This document shows positions 1 to 13,995 of a stretch of DNA of 64,000 nucleotides, piece after piece. The stretch's first letter is position 1; every line of letters starts with the position of its first letter. Both the position numbers and the translations under genes were made by a program. Source of the DNA: Lobosporangium transversale (Eukaryota); NCBI RefSeq assembly GCF_002105155.1, contig NW_019028980.1, positions 682,001 to 746,000 of the forward strand. The letters are read 5' to 3'. The notes beneath the pieces were generated by a model. It searched no databases, had not been told where the DNA came from, and saw only the letters and a program-made list of their open reading frames with translations.

Positions 1-2181
1 ACACATAAAGAGTTATGACATCGACTTGATCAATAATATCCTTGGGCACACCATAGCGAGCAGCGTCCCATCCAGTAGGGATCTGCCCAGCGACGAGACG
101 GTCAAATTTGAGCGCCTTGGGGATGTACATGCTGGCACCCTTTTTGAATTTGACAGCCCATTGGCCTGACTCTTCCTCATAGATGTCAACCTTGTCGCCA
201 TGCTGGAGCTTGAACTGATGTGCTTCCTCCTTTGAAACCTCGAAGGGCTCAAGATCGTGATCGATCAAGACCTCCTGCATAAGGCCTTTGCGTTTAGGAT
301 CATACCCACCGAACAGTTCGGGCTCAATCAGACGAATACCAGTGTGCTCCAGGATCTGCTTCTCGTACTTGGCCTTGACATCCCTGTCCTTCACAGGCTC
401 TTCAGTCTTGGCGTCAATCCATCCAGAGTAAGGAGCGCCAGATTTGAGAGGGCCGTTATGGTGCTTGATGAAGCCCATAATCCACGCCATCTCAATGCAT
501 CCTTCGAGCGAGAACTGGCCATTGGCTTCCATCTCCCAGCGAGTACGGGAATTGCCCCATGGACCAACTTCACTGAAACCTGTCACGACAACGACTTTTT
601 CGAGGTCGAGCATACCCTTGAGCTTGTGAGCATGCCCAAGATCCTTGTAGTCCTTGAGTTCTGGAAAGGGGAACTTCATGTTAGCTCGGGGCGTGACTTT
701 GTGTGATTGGTGCTTGCGCTCCGCCTCAGCGCCGTACGTCTCTTTAAAGTCCAAAGTGTTCTCGGCGACAATGGCCTTACGGATCTCCGAAGTCTGACGG
801 TACTCAGCGCGCAAGTTGGCACTAATTTCGTTTAGGTTGGGTAAGTACTGCAGACCACCGTTCAAGTCAGCCCAGACAGGCTCAATTTGACAAAGACTGG
901 TGATCGAGGGATGCATAAGACCTAAGATGTTGAAGGCCATCTCCTGAGTTGAGAAAGTGCGGACCCCATACTTCTCGAGACCCTCAGCGACAATGTTATT
1001 GCCACTCATCAAACCAGTACCACGAGTCCAACCAATAACGGCTCCAGTGATAGTCAGGTAGGCAGACCAAGATTCAGAAGTCCAGCGGTTGAACAGGGTC
1101 TCTAATGCGACCTTAGATTCTCCGTAAAGACCGTCAGCACCAAATGTCCCGTGATTAGGAGACAAGGGAAGAATAACCTGAGCAGGGCGTGTATCGTAAC
1201 CGTACTCCATCTTCTTGGTCTTCACATTACCCAGCAGACGAAGAACGTTGGTCAACATGATACGGTGAGCTAACTCTGACTTCGAGTCAATATTGTCGAT
1301 TTCCTTGCCTTGGACAGAAATGGCGGCGAATGGGATAATGTAATCAAGGTCCCAACCTAGGCCTTTCTTAGGATCTTTGTCGTAAATATAGTTGACAAGT
1401 GCATCAACATCCTGTTTCGAGCCTCCATTGAAAGGAACGACAACCAAGGAAGAATTCTTGGAGCCATGGCGTTGGTAAATCGACTGGTAGTACTCCGTAA
1501 CCTCACGGCTGAAACGCGAGGTGGTGACAACGACTTTGGCGCCTCCAGAGAGTAGACCCTTGAGGATAGCGGCTCCGATGGAATCCTTACCAGCGCCGGT
1601 TATAAGGACCATGCGGTTCTCGTAGGTTATACCATCCTTGGCCATATTAGTCAGAACATCAAGATAAACGCTAGTCAGACGCTGAGAGAACTCCCATCCA
1701 CCTTCGATATGAGGATTCTTCTTCTTGAGATGCAAGAATGGGATAGTTTCCTTCTTTGCTGCCTTCTTGGGGCGATCAGGGTTGACATTGACTGAGGGAC
1801 GACGAGCACGGCTGGCACGACGAGCTCTCTCCTCACGTACGATATTATTGGACATATTGATGGCATGAATGACCTCACCATAGAGGGATTTGATGGCTAA
1901 CTTGGATGAGGACTTCATAGTGTTTTGGGCCTTGATAATCTTGTAAATTTGGGCCAAGTTTTTCTGGACTTTTTGGCGGTTACTGTACTCAGACATCTTT
2001 CCGCCGGCAGCCATATCTTTGACATAATGATCCAACTTACGCACGCCAGCACGCTGGACCTCCTCGTACAAGATATTACCCTTGTTATCGATCGAGGTCG
2101 ATGGGCCAGTGGGTACACCAACTATAGTATAGTAGAAAAAAAGATAAGACAAGAGTAAGTTACTGTAATATAGAGCAGGAG

Positions 2182-2219
<38 letters not shown>

Positions 2220-5200
2220 CTTACCATCTTTGTACACTGGAGCGGCCTCAAGAACCTCGCGACAGTTCTGGATCAACAAATTGCCGAATTCTTTGGCGAG
2301 AGCATAGGTTTTACCACGGTCAGCGGCAGTATTGTCAATGTGATAGACCATGAACTGCAGCAGCTGAGGATTGGCACGGTTCATAACATGGATGCACTGA
2401 GCAACAACCTCGCGATCAACAACAGTCAGACGTCCAAAGATCATGTCGTATAAAAGAGATAGAGCATCTTGACGAACCCAGTTCCAGTGCGAGTCATAGA
2501 TACGAGCTTTCTTAGCGCTAAAGGAGGGCTTGATGCCCTCAGCATAGTAGTCACCGTGCTCTGCCATCCACTGATCGATCTCAGCCTGCAGACGAAGGGT
2601 TGCAAGCTTCTCTTCCTCATAGAGTTTCTCACCAAAGCGGAGATCCTTTTCAAGGTAGCGAGCATAAATTTCAAGGTGCTGGTACATCATAGCATTCTGC
2701 TTGGCTTGGAATTGGTTAAATTCTTCGCTGTTCATCATAGCGCCTCCAACAGCTCCAGTGCCAATAGTGCCGCTACCGCCTCCACCGAGAGAAATACCAG
2801 CGCGACGAGCATAGGCCTGTGCAACAGTGTCCAACCAACTCTTAGCCTCAGCTTCAGATCCAAGACGAGCACTAGGCTCCATGGTCAGGCCCAAGAGAAG
2901 AGCGCCATCAGCACGAAGCGGGCCTAATCCATAGGCAGAAGCAAGATAGCCCTTAGCCGAAGACTGAGTAAAACCGCCAGGCATCTTAGATCCAATCATC
3001 TTGGCGATGAGTGAGGTCGTCTGCTTGCCAAGAGTGCCATTGAAGTTGCTCTGAAGAGCATTTCCAAGGTCTTCTAATGGAGCTTCTTCACCCTTCTCGG
3101 GGAATCCAGATCCACCAAACTCCTTCTGCAGATCGCCCAAAATCTCGTTTTGAAGAGTTGACTTGCCTCCGACGAGATCCTTGATTGCCTTGGAAAGAGG
3201 AACTTCTTCAACTGATTTCTTAATCTTCTGAGCAACGATAACATGAAGAATATCTACAGCCTTAATAGGAACATCGGCAACAGCAGCAGGGGCGCCTCCG
3301 CCGACAGGTCCAGTGGCGGACATCATGGTAGGCGCGGCGCCAGCAGGAGCTGCAGCACCCAAAGTAATACCAGCACGGCGCGCATATGCCTGTGCGACAG
3401 AGTCTAGCCAGCTGTTGGCCTCAGAGACATTGTTAAGACGAGCAGCAGGCTCCATAGTTAAACCAACCAGCAATGCTCCATCAGCACGAACAGGTCCCAA
3501 GCCATGAGTCTTGGCCAGGTAGCCTTTGGCAGTCGAGAGTGAGAAACCACCTGGCATCTTGGATCCAATCATCTTGGAGATCAACGAGGTAGTTTGCTTG
3601 CCGAGGGATCCACTGAAGTTACCCTGAAGAGCATTTCCGAGCTCCTCCAGGGGTGTTTCCTCACTCTTCTCGGGGAATCCAGAGCCCCCAAACTCCTTCT
3701 GAAGATCACCTAAAATCTCATTTTGAAGGGTTGATTTACCTCCGACAAGGTCCTTAATGGCCTTAGAAAGAGGTATCTCCTCCAAACTCTTCTTAACTTT
3801 CTGAGCCACAAGGGCGTGCAAGATCTCAATAGCCTTAATAGGGGCGTCAGCGACAGCAGCAGCGGGACCAGCGGCAACAGCAGCAGGCGCAGAAGCAGCT
3901 ACAGCAGCAGGCGCAGCCTTGGCAGCAGGCGTGGGTGTAGCAGGTACAGCAGCAGCAGCAGGGGCGGAAGATTCAATGTTATCCATGGCATAATAAATCT
4001 CTTTAGCATCCTTGGAAGTACAGAGTGTGGAACGCTGGAAAGTCAAAGCATCATCATATGCCTCATACTTGAACTTAAGGGTACGTTGAGCCATACCGCA
4101 GAGAGTTGGTGAAGGCCCAACTTCAATCAAACGAACAACATTGAACTCCTTGAAAAGTCTATCTTGAGTCTCAATCCAGCGGACAGGCGAAGCAAATTGA
4201 TAGGCAAGCAATTCGACTAAAAGGGTGTAACCGAGGCGCTGCTGTTGCTTAGCAGTAAGCTTGGTGTCGACCCAGTTTCTGAGGACCTTGCCAAGGCGAG
4301 GTGAGGAAGTCAAGTTATAGACACCTTCAATGTACGACTTTTCGATACTGAAAGGCTGAGCGGTCAAGTTGGGAATGTACTTGTCAGTCAACAGAGGAAC
4401 GTTGATGAAGGAAGGGTTGATCTTCTTGGCAAGATATGTGCGGAAAGGTGCGACGCCTGATAACAGGAAGCTTGAATGGAAAGGAACATCGATACCAGCT
4501 AGGGGAATGGTAGCAACACCGCGCTCTGGCTTAATGATGCCATCCTTGGCAAGCTTCTCGGCGACCTTCTCGAGAGCACCGGCGATGATCTGAGTGAGAT
4601 GCCTCTTAACTTCTTCGAGCGGCATGGTTTCCATCAGCTTCTGGAGATCGATCTTTTGAACTTTAATGTAGTTTAGGACGGTTGAGAGAGCATCCAAATT
4701 GGAGAGCTCACCAGCAGCGACGTATTGCCAATTCTCAACATTCTCATTGACGATTTCCAGGAGCCCATTTGACTGTCTGGCAATGGCATCAACTACATAG
4801 CGGAGAGCCGAGTCATTGAATGTGGGGGACACACGCGAGGGGTTGATGGCGACCATACCATAGTTGGAGCGGCCTAATGAATCACGGGGCACAGCCACCT
4901 GCATGGTCATACCACGATAGAATACAACATCGACGAGAGACTCAATAGGCAAGACCTCACCAATAGCAGCCAAGGCAGAGTACTCGCCAAGAGAATGACC
5001 AGCAAAAGCACAGTTACCCTGAATCAAGGCCTTGGATCGCATATCCTCAAACGCAGCCTTCTCCATCAAGGTCAGAGCAGGTTGGGTGAACTGGGTTGCA
5101 GCCAAAAGACCATTAGGTGACTGGAATGTGTAAAAGGCTGTAGACTCGTTGATACCAGGGAATAAAGGCAGGGATTGAACAGATCCATCCTGGCCGACGA

Positions 5201-8200
5201 GATCATAACGCATCGACATGTAATTTTGACGAATGGCATTACCCTTAGGGCCACCAAAGTGAATCGTCTTCTTGAGGGGATTGTTGCGGACGATATCCAG
5301 GATTGAGAAACCTAAAAATAAAGAGGAGCACACTTGTCAGGTAAAGTTCATGGCAGATTTGGATGAAGATGTCTAATGATGCAAAGATTGTTTGCCTACC
5401 ATAATTCTCAAGGAAGTGTCGATCAGCCCTCTGCCAGATGTCCTTTGCAACAGGTGAAGAGTCATATAAGGCCATTCCCATTCCTTGCTCCTGAGATCCT
5501 TGACCGGTGAAAACGTAGGCAATAGTAGGCTGGTCAATCTCTGCAGTGCCTTCAATGACCTAATGGATTCAAAATAAGAAACGGATAGGCTCAGCATATT
5601 ACAGTAGCAACATAAGTAACAACAATATTGATAAAGTAAAATATATGAAATATATATACCTTAGTACCGTTTTGGTTGAAGGTCTCAACCTTGATGATCT
5701 TCTTTCCATTAATCATACCAATATGTGAAAGCTTGGTCGACAGGCGATCCTGAGGAAGGACCATAGACAAGAAGTCGACTTCATAGCTACACAGAGAGTA
5801 GGGTCATAAAAAATACCGATTAGCAAATGGTAACCAAGTGTGGATGTGAAAAATAATCAAAACATATGCAGTACCTTGTGACGCGCTGGGGATGGTTATC
5901 AGCGGCAAAGATTTCCACAAACTTGCGGGTAGAGGCACTTGTCCACATGCCATGGGTAATTGTACCAGGGAGCTCAGCGAGATCAGCAAAGTAAGGGTTG
6001 ACATGGATGGGGTTGAAATCACCTGACACCTTAGCATATGGTTCGTTGCTGAATGGGGAAATGACCTCCGAGCTAAATGAGCCCTCAGGCATGACAGAGT
6101 AGCCACCGTTATCGAAATGAACAGCCTGCTCGATAGGCTTGCCGTGGCGCTTGAGATAGGCAAGGACAGGGTTACCATGAGTCTCCTCATCGTTGCTGTA
6201 ATGGACCTTGGCGATTTCAACGTGTTCCTTAGTTGAAATCTGCATTGATACCGTGCCAGTGGTCTCAACATGTGAGAACACAGTCTTATTCTTGAAGCGT
6301 AAAATTGTATTGAGACGGAAGACCAAATAGGAGTTGGGGCCGACAGTGTGTTCGCCCTCAGTCCACTGGATCCATTCCTTGCTCTTCAAAACGGCAACGT
6401 CTTTGGGCGATGTAAGCTTAACTTCCATGGGGAGTTCGACGATTTTCTGGAATGTGTTATGGTAGTCATTGAAGGAACCACGATACAAGAACTCGGATTT
6501 GACTTCCATCACGCGCTTACCCTCACGCAAGACAACTCCCTTGACTTGAACTAGCTTGCCGGAGTCGTTGTTGACAACAGCATTAATTTCAGCAATAGTG
6601 TCCACGATGTCGCCCTGTTTCAGTGGTTCTGCACCATCCAACATACGGAAGCCGTTCGAGAGATGAACTAGTTTCAAAAGATCACCATCGATTGATTTAG
6701 GGAAGATAGCCTTGATAATTGACTTCCAGCCAACGACAATGGCGAAGTCCATAGGAGCATAAACAACCTTCTGGCGGCGTTCGACGTACAACTCTGCTTG
6801 GTTCCCGACGGCCTGACAGAACTCCTTGATGTCAGGTGTATTGACCTGCTCGCCATTACAGATGAACTGCTGTGTGAAGGCATCGGTAGCGAGACAGGCG
6901 TTGAACTGGTCCTCTTCTGAAGGGAACCAAAGTTTGTAATAAAATTCTTTTATCCTTTCATTCCTACCCTCCATTACTTCGTGGATGGGAGCGTAGCCTT
7001 TATCAGGAGTATAATGGAACAGCAAGGGGAAGGGAATTAGACGGTCACCATTCTTCTCGACTAAGACAACTTCAATTAATCCGTTAGCCTGAAGGCGAGC
7101 ACGGAGCGAAGGCGACAGATCATCTGACTTGCTGGAGGCGGACCACGAGCGGCGATCATACACAGTGACAGTCTGGAGTCTATCCTCACTATATTCAAAG
7201 TGGATGGCCTGTGAGACACGAGGGCGGAAGATACGAGCAAGAGGGTTGTTCAGGAACTTTTTGCCTTGAATGACAGTGGGCGTTGTTAGCAAAGCGCGGA
7301 ACCACGAAGGTGCAGGGCCAGCCAAGTATTCGAGCCACTCCTCGACCATAGGCAAGCTCGATTCCACCATCGAAGTCTCAACCATCTTGACTTTGCCATC
7401 CTCATAATGATCGACCTTGACCAATGGCGAGACAGAACTCAAGACAGATTCAAAACGGCTGGGCTTGCCACCAAAATACTCGACCTGAGGAATACTGCTG
7501 TCATCATTGCTATAGTAACGATCCTTGAGCGAAGCAATGTGGCTGTGGAAGATTCCGTCCAGAATGTCCTTGACAGGCTCATCCGCCTTGGTAGAGTAGC
7601 GAGCGGCGGTAGGTCCCTGGAGGATACAAGTACGTTGAACATCCTGGTCGACTACAGCAGCTAGATCTTCGGCTTGCCAGAGAGAGTCTTTTTTGAACCA
7701 GACTTCAAAGTCCTTGTCAAGGACAGGGATGAATGGCACTGGCTTCTGGCCGCGACGGGTCATTAAGAACAAGAAGTAGCCAACGTCCTCAGTTGTCAAG
7801 AGCTGAGTCTTAGTCAGGGGATAAGTATTGATGAACTCTTGGGCAAACTCAAAAGGAATATCTAATCTAGAATAAGTCTGAACAATGGAGTCCTTCTCGA
7901 CACCGACAAAGCGCTCTTCAATGCGGCGGAGAACATCACCCAAAAGATTGCGGTGAGAGAGATCTATCCAGCGTTCCTCATGTTTAATAAACATGAGCTC
8001 GATCATTCTATTGATGACCTCCTCATAAGTCATGTCCTGAAGATCGGCAACACTGCCATCAGCCTTCTTACCAAACCAAACCTAGAACAAGAGAAAAAGG
8101 AAAATAAAGTTAAAATTTGTTTAAAAAAAAAAAACCTCTTCAAAATAAAATGGAGCCATCCTTGTACCTTTTGAAAGTCAGCGTTCAAGCGCTTTATGAT

Positions 8201-11200
8201 ATAGTCCTTCTTGGCCAAAAGAGCAGCAGTGCGCTTGTCCTTGGGGAGTGAGAAGATAGTGTCATCCATTTCCTTCCACAGGCGCACACCGCGTGTAGCA
8301 ATTTTATGAATAGGCTCTCCCAGCTCGGAGCGGACTGTCATGACACCACCGGTGGGGCCTTTATAAGTCTTTTCCCACTCTGAATCATCAACACCAGGGG
8401 CGTCAACAATCGCCTGCTTCACACCGAGTGAGGCCATACCTTCCTTAGCAACCATCATACGTGAGCCAAAAAGCACACCATCAAAGGGCATAGGAGGGTA
8501 GTCCAGCTGTACAGACCAGTCGCCAGTGAGATAAGGATAAGTGTCTTCTGCACCACCGAATCCAGAACCAGCTACTAAGACGACGTTGGGATGACGACGA
8601 ATAGCAGAATAAGTATCAAGGATGGGTTGGTGGAAATCCTCAAAACTGTGGTGACCACCAGCACGGCCACCAGTCCACTGAAGAATCATGGGCATCTCGG
8701 GGTGGGCGGCAGCGATAGCCAAGACCTGACGAATCGACTCGGCTGAACCAGGCTTGAAAGAGATGTGGCGAATACCAGCGTCGAGCATATCAGTAATAAA
8801 TTCATTGGCGACCTCAAGTGAAGGGACACCAGCAGCGCAGCAAAAACCCTCCATGGGCAAACCCTCACGACGAAGCTTAGGCACCAAAGGAGCCTGGAAA
8901 CCCCATTGGCGAACGTTGATAAATAGTGTGTTTAAGGTGATACCAGCACCGGGGGTAGTAAGTTGCATAATTTTCTTGACCTTATTTCGGACAGCAAGCT
9001 CGTTGTAATGGCCGCCGCCAGCTAATTCGATATGGTAACCAGCATTCATGACAGCACTGACAAAGGTCTCATTTACAGTCGAAGGGGTCATACCAGCGAC
9101 CATTAATGGAGGCTTGGACAAAAGACGCGACATACGAGTGTCAATATGGATATCACCATTGGCAGAGCGGATAAGCTTAGGCTGGAACTCGCGAGCCCAG
9201 TTAGGGGCATAACGAAGCGAGGCAGGATTGGCATCAAAAAGATCAGGCTTGTATGAGAGTTCGCGATTGATCCCCTCTGTGGCGCCAGCAAGAATGATCT
9301 GGACGCCAGTACCATCTTTGTTACGAGCAGTCAGAGAGCCAATTCCAGAGGAACCACCTGGGCCGAAATCAATCACATGAGTCAAGCCAGCCATTGTGGT
9401 AGCCTTTTCCCAGTGTACAGGGAGGGACAGAATTTGGTGAACAAGGTCCATAGTTACATCAGGCGATCCAGCAATATCCTTTCCAGAATCAGTCGAGAAG
9501 ACAGGGATGGTCATATCAGTGTGGTGGAACTTCAAGTCATATCTTTCGATATCCTGCTCTACAATCGCTGCACAGCCATCCAAGTAAGATGAATGGAAAG
9601 GAGCCGTGATAGGCAAGAAACGTGACGAGAATTTGACTTTGCGCTGCGAAAAGGGAACTCGACCCTGCTCAAGACCGGTTGGTGCCTTAAGCTTGCGAAG
9701 AGCCAAATTCAAACCATATAACGACTGAGGAGGGCCTGTACAGATGACTGAGCGAGGGCCGTTGATGAGGGCAATCTTGATTAAGCGATCTTCGGGAAGA
9801 TGGCGATTCGTAGCCTCCACATACTTGCGGACCTCAGAGGCACGAAGCGAATTAACCACCAACATGGGTGTAGGATTACCCTCATTATTAGAAAGCGAAT
9901 CCTGTAAAATAGCGGGGTTGAGGGTGGTAGGTGGATAAAATTCTTGTGCGCGAGTTCCAATCCAGAAGAGCAAGCCGAGGGCCTTGCGTGAATTGCTGAA
10001 GAAATCCTCAAAGCTAGCGGAGGATGAGATAACCACGGAGGAGATAACACCCTGAGAGTGCCCAGTTGAACCCAAAATAAGATCACGAATCTGAGCAGGG
10101 GTCTTGTCAAGAACCTAGATTTGATGCGATTTATGAGGCGCCATTTTAAAATATCATGGGGTCAGTATTTCTTTTTTTCCCTTCTTTAGCTATTTTCTCT
10201 CCAGCGATTAAAATGTATAGTGAGTTTACCTTCAGCATAACATAGTAATGCATCAACTGAAGCAGACCAATTAAAGGAAGAGATACGGGAGCAGACACCA
10301 AATACGCAACATCTGGCTTCGAGTCAGGGTTTTTCAGCCAGCCCATGACATCCAACCCCTTAGAGTGGAAGACCGAGGCGTCGTCAGATCTGGCATGCTC
10401 GCGCAACACCGCGGCCATAGCGTCGACGTAGACTTGAACCAAGGCAGTATAGGTGGTGTAAATATCCGCTAACTCATCAAAGTATTCCTCAATATTGCCC
10501 TGGCCGCCAAAGATAGCAAACAGTCTGGCGCTGCCATGCTGTGCAGCTGCAAACAGGGCTGAGGTAGGTGGTGCATACTCTCCGGAGTTCAGACTGTCAG
10601 TAGCTCGAAGGAAAACCAAGGCAGTGAAAAATGCATTAATAACGACAACGCGGGTATCCTTTGCAAGGTTACGGGTAACAGCATGGATGTCGTTCCCTTT
10701 GAGATATTTAGCGACGAAGAACAAGAAGACGGTCTTGAGCACAGGGATGAATTGAAGTGAGGGATCATTCTAAAAAAAGTAGAGAGTAGGAGTTCTTATT
10801 AGTGTCGTGGGAAACTTGCCATATTATTTTTCATCCCCAATCCCCCAGTTTTTCTTCCCTGCCCAAATTAAATTAATTTTTATTAGTTTAACCTCTCCGT
10901 CATACCCAAAAAAAGGGACAAAAAGTACCACCCCTCTGTTTTGAAGGAAATGTCATGACAGAAACATCTCTGTTTCCTACGACCGTTGACACTTATAAAT
11001 AAACCACCACTGTCGGCTTACAACGATATCTGAAAATAATGTGGAATCTGGGGAGGCTCACTAAAAGGATCGAGCCTTCCATTGATCACATTCCATTGCT
11101 CCAGATACAAAATCTCCATGTAAACAATGGCATCAAGCACATTGCTAAGCTTCGAGATATTGAAATACATTCCTTCAAGCCTATCGAAAAACCCTGGACT

Positions 11201-11525
11201 CAATTGCCACGCTTTCACTCTTATTGATGACCCTTTTTGCTTCTCTCACAAAAAGCCGTTTGGGGATTTTTTTTTGTACCTGTTCACTCTTATCGGAGGC
11301 AAACTTGAGGAATCGGGCCACGAAGACCATCTCAGGAGCCTGGTTATCCGCATCAGTAACGACAACATCTTCTGCTGAAGGTGCTGCAGTGCTTGTAACC
11401 AAAAACTCTTCTCGAAGCTGTTCAGCAGCAACCCAGACATCAGAAGGGACAAGAATCGAGACCTCGGTTGTACCCTGCTTGAGGGTCAATGGACGAGTAA
11501 CATTGGATTGAAGTGTAGTAGTCAT
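1..11525 (-). CDS. FAS1/FAS2: Fungal type I fatty acid synthase, single-chain beta+alpha fusion (AT-ER-DH-MPT-ACP-ACP-KR-KS...), 3' end outside window
   Basis: Exons 11525-11280, 10769-10230, 10114-8168, 8081-5875, 5786-5660, 5559-5400, 5311-2225 and 2121-<1 join in frame at GT-AG introns. Motifs: GHSQG (AT), GGRAGGHHS (ER), [13 protein letters not shown] (DH), GHSLGEY (MPT), GGKSTLQNE twice (ACP), TGAGKDSIG and LSPNHG (KR), start of KS at the window edge. Confidence 0.97.
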
Positions 11526-13268
11526 GTTGATTGGCTTTGATTTTGTTTCTCGGAAGGTAAAAAATTGCTTTGGTATTAACGAAATTGATCTCTTTTTTTT
11601 GCCTTCTTTCTTTGTACAGGAATAATGGACGCTATTGAATGCAACTTTTCAATAGAATCAAAGACAAATAAGAAAAAAAAAATAGAAAATATGAAGAAGA
11701 CTAAGGAAGTGAATGATGAATATAATGTTCTATGCTATGGTATTATAAAATGAAATGCAGAAGTGAATGAGGAAATGAGTTTGAGAATGAGAGGAGGAGG
11801 GGGAGGAAGAGAGAGAAGGAAGAGAAAGAGAGATTGATGAGACTGATCTCAGAGAAATGTTTTAATATTACGACCCAACATGTTTTATGGGTTTTGTCTC
11901 TGTTGATCTGTCCTAGGATAAGAAGACCAAGCGATAGGAACTTTATTGCACATTGCACTGGAAACATATACTTTGATTTTATTATTATTGCATCAAACAC
12001 CTCATACTCCCAAACTAAAGCACGAACTAAATCTTGCAACTATCTTCTCCCCCACACATTTGCAAAAAGGCCAAAGCGAGAAAAAGACATGTTCTTGCAA
12101 TAATTTAATGATAATAAGATAAAAAAAAAAAGAAACCCAGCCATCACCGTGTTTAAATGGTTATTTTTTTTTTTTTTTTTTTTTTTTGAAACTTGCAAAA
12201 TCAGCATCCCCAACATTTAGATCTTTTTTATAATACTTTTCTATAGTGGCACACACACCACACCATTTCACTCTCACCTCTACTCCTCTATGTTATGGAG
12301 GAAAAAAGAATCTGACGGTCTTTGATCAGATTTTGGATCTCAAAAATATTCATTGACATCCTGGTGTCCTTCCTTTCTCTTCTCCTCTCCCCATAAAAAC
12401 ATCTTTTTAGTCCCAGCCTCTTCACTACTTCCTTTCCTTTCCTCCTTATCCCCTTCCTTACTTCCTTCCTTGCTCATTCCCAGCAATGTTTTTCACGGCA
12501 TCAAAATAACTGTTTATAAATTTAAACTGATATCATTTTTCCTTCTTTGATCTGTTACAACATGATATGAATTTTAGGAACAGTGGTGTGTGACCCTGTG
12601 TTGGCCCCTTTTACCATCAAAATGAATCTTGCATGTCTGATAAGCAACATGTCCGATCGTAGAGAACAGATTAAAGGAATTTAAAATGTTTTTTATTTTA
12701 TTTTGTTTTATTTTGTTTTATTTTTCGTGCTACCGTTGGCGAACATCCAAAAGCACCTCAAGCTGGACAGGTCTTTTATTTAGAAGAAAATAAAGCTTTG
12801 GCCAACAAAAAATCTTTGGCAACCCAAAAAGTGAAATGCGTCCGAATGTCCTTTTTTTTGCCCCCAAAATTTAATTTTTTTGTAATCTTACCCCAAGAAC
12901 AAACGCGGACTACAGTGAGTAGGGAAAAAATTGCTGATTACCCTTTCTGACAGCAAACGTCGCCTTGTCAGTGGCAATATTAACTACATACCATGCCATG
13001 CTACGCTTTACTCTACAAACACAAGAGTTAAACCTACGCCACCTTTATCTTTTTTTTTTTTTTTTTTTTTTTTTTGGGTGTATCTGTCCATCTATCACTT
13101 CTGGCATTGCCAGAAACTTGCCAGCTCCATTAAAGCAAGAATCCATTTATTCAATTGAACCATGGTCCATTCAATAGATACTTAAGAGTGTATTACGGCG
13201 ATATCCTTTGTTTTTTCTATCAGTCCAATCAACCATTTAGCCAGTGCAGCTAAACTGTTATGTTGCAT

Positions 13269-13303
13269 GCATTGAGCTTGCATTGAGCTTGCATTGAGCT
13301 TGC
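13269..13303. repeat. Tandem repeat (GCATTGAGCTT)x3
   Basis: Directly visible 11-nt unit repeated three times in the intergenic region between FAS and the RRM gene. Confidence 0.85.
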
Positions 13304-13545
13304 ATATATTCCTTTTCATTGCATCCGATGCTTCAACTTCGCTATTTGGATAAGGATTAGGGAGTAATGATCGTTTATTGATAAAGACTTCGTCCCAAAA
13401 TATAATATGTATGATTTGGTAAAACATGGCTGTGCAGTTCGGTAACCCAGTTCTGTCACACAAACACTCCTTCCAAATCACGCGTGGTATTCGCGCCTAT
13501 CGCGTGCGCTTCGCCACGACAACAAACAGCAAACGTCTCGTGGTG

Positions 13546-13578
<33 letters not shown>

Positions 13579-13995
13579 CACTTCACTTTTACATCAGGAG
13601 TTTACTGACAGGATAAGCAAGAAGGACCTGGTTGACCTAGTGTTTTTGTGCAGGTATCTCAGCTGTTGATCATTTGGCAATGCTGCTCAGGAATCGTTAA
13701 TGGGATCACATAAAAAGAAAAGACAAAGCAGCATGACAGCAAAGATCTATACAGTCTCTGGTTAATGCAACTAATTACTTCATTGCTTGAAATCGATCAA
13801 ATCTTCATCACTAGTTCTGTTTTTCTTTTTGTTTTCTTTCTTTCTTTCTTTATTTTCTTCTTTTAGTTTTTCTTTTTTCTTTTCTTTATTATTTCTTTTT
13901 TTTTTTCTTTCTTTTTTTGTGGTTTTTTTTTGTGAGTTTCCAGCCTTACTCTTTACCTGTACAAAAAATCCTTCCTCCTCAAACAATTGATAATA

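Noticed and set aside
257..10755. Many plus-strand ORFs overlapping FAS
   Set aside because: Antisense shadows of a codon-biased gene.
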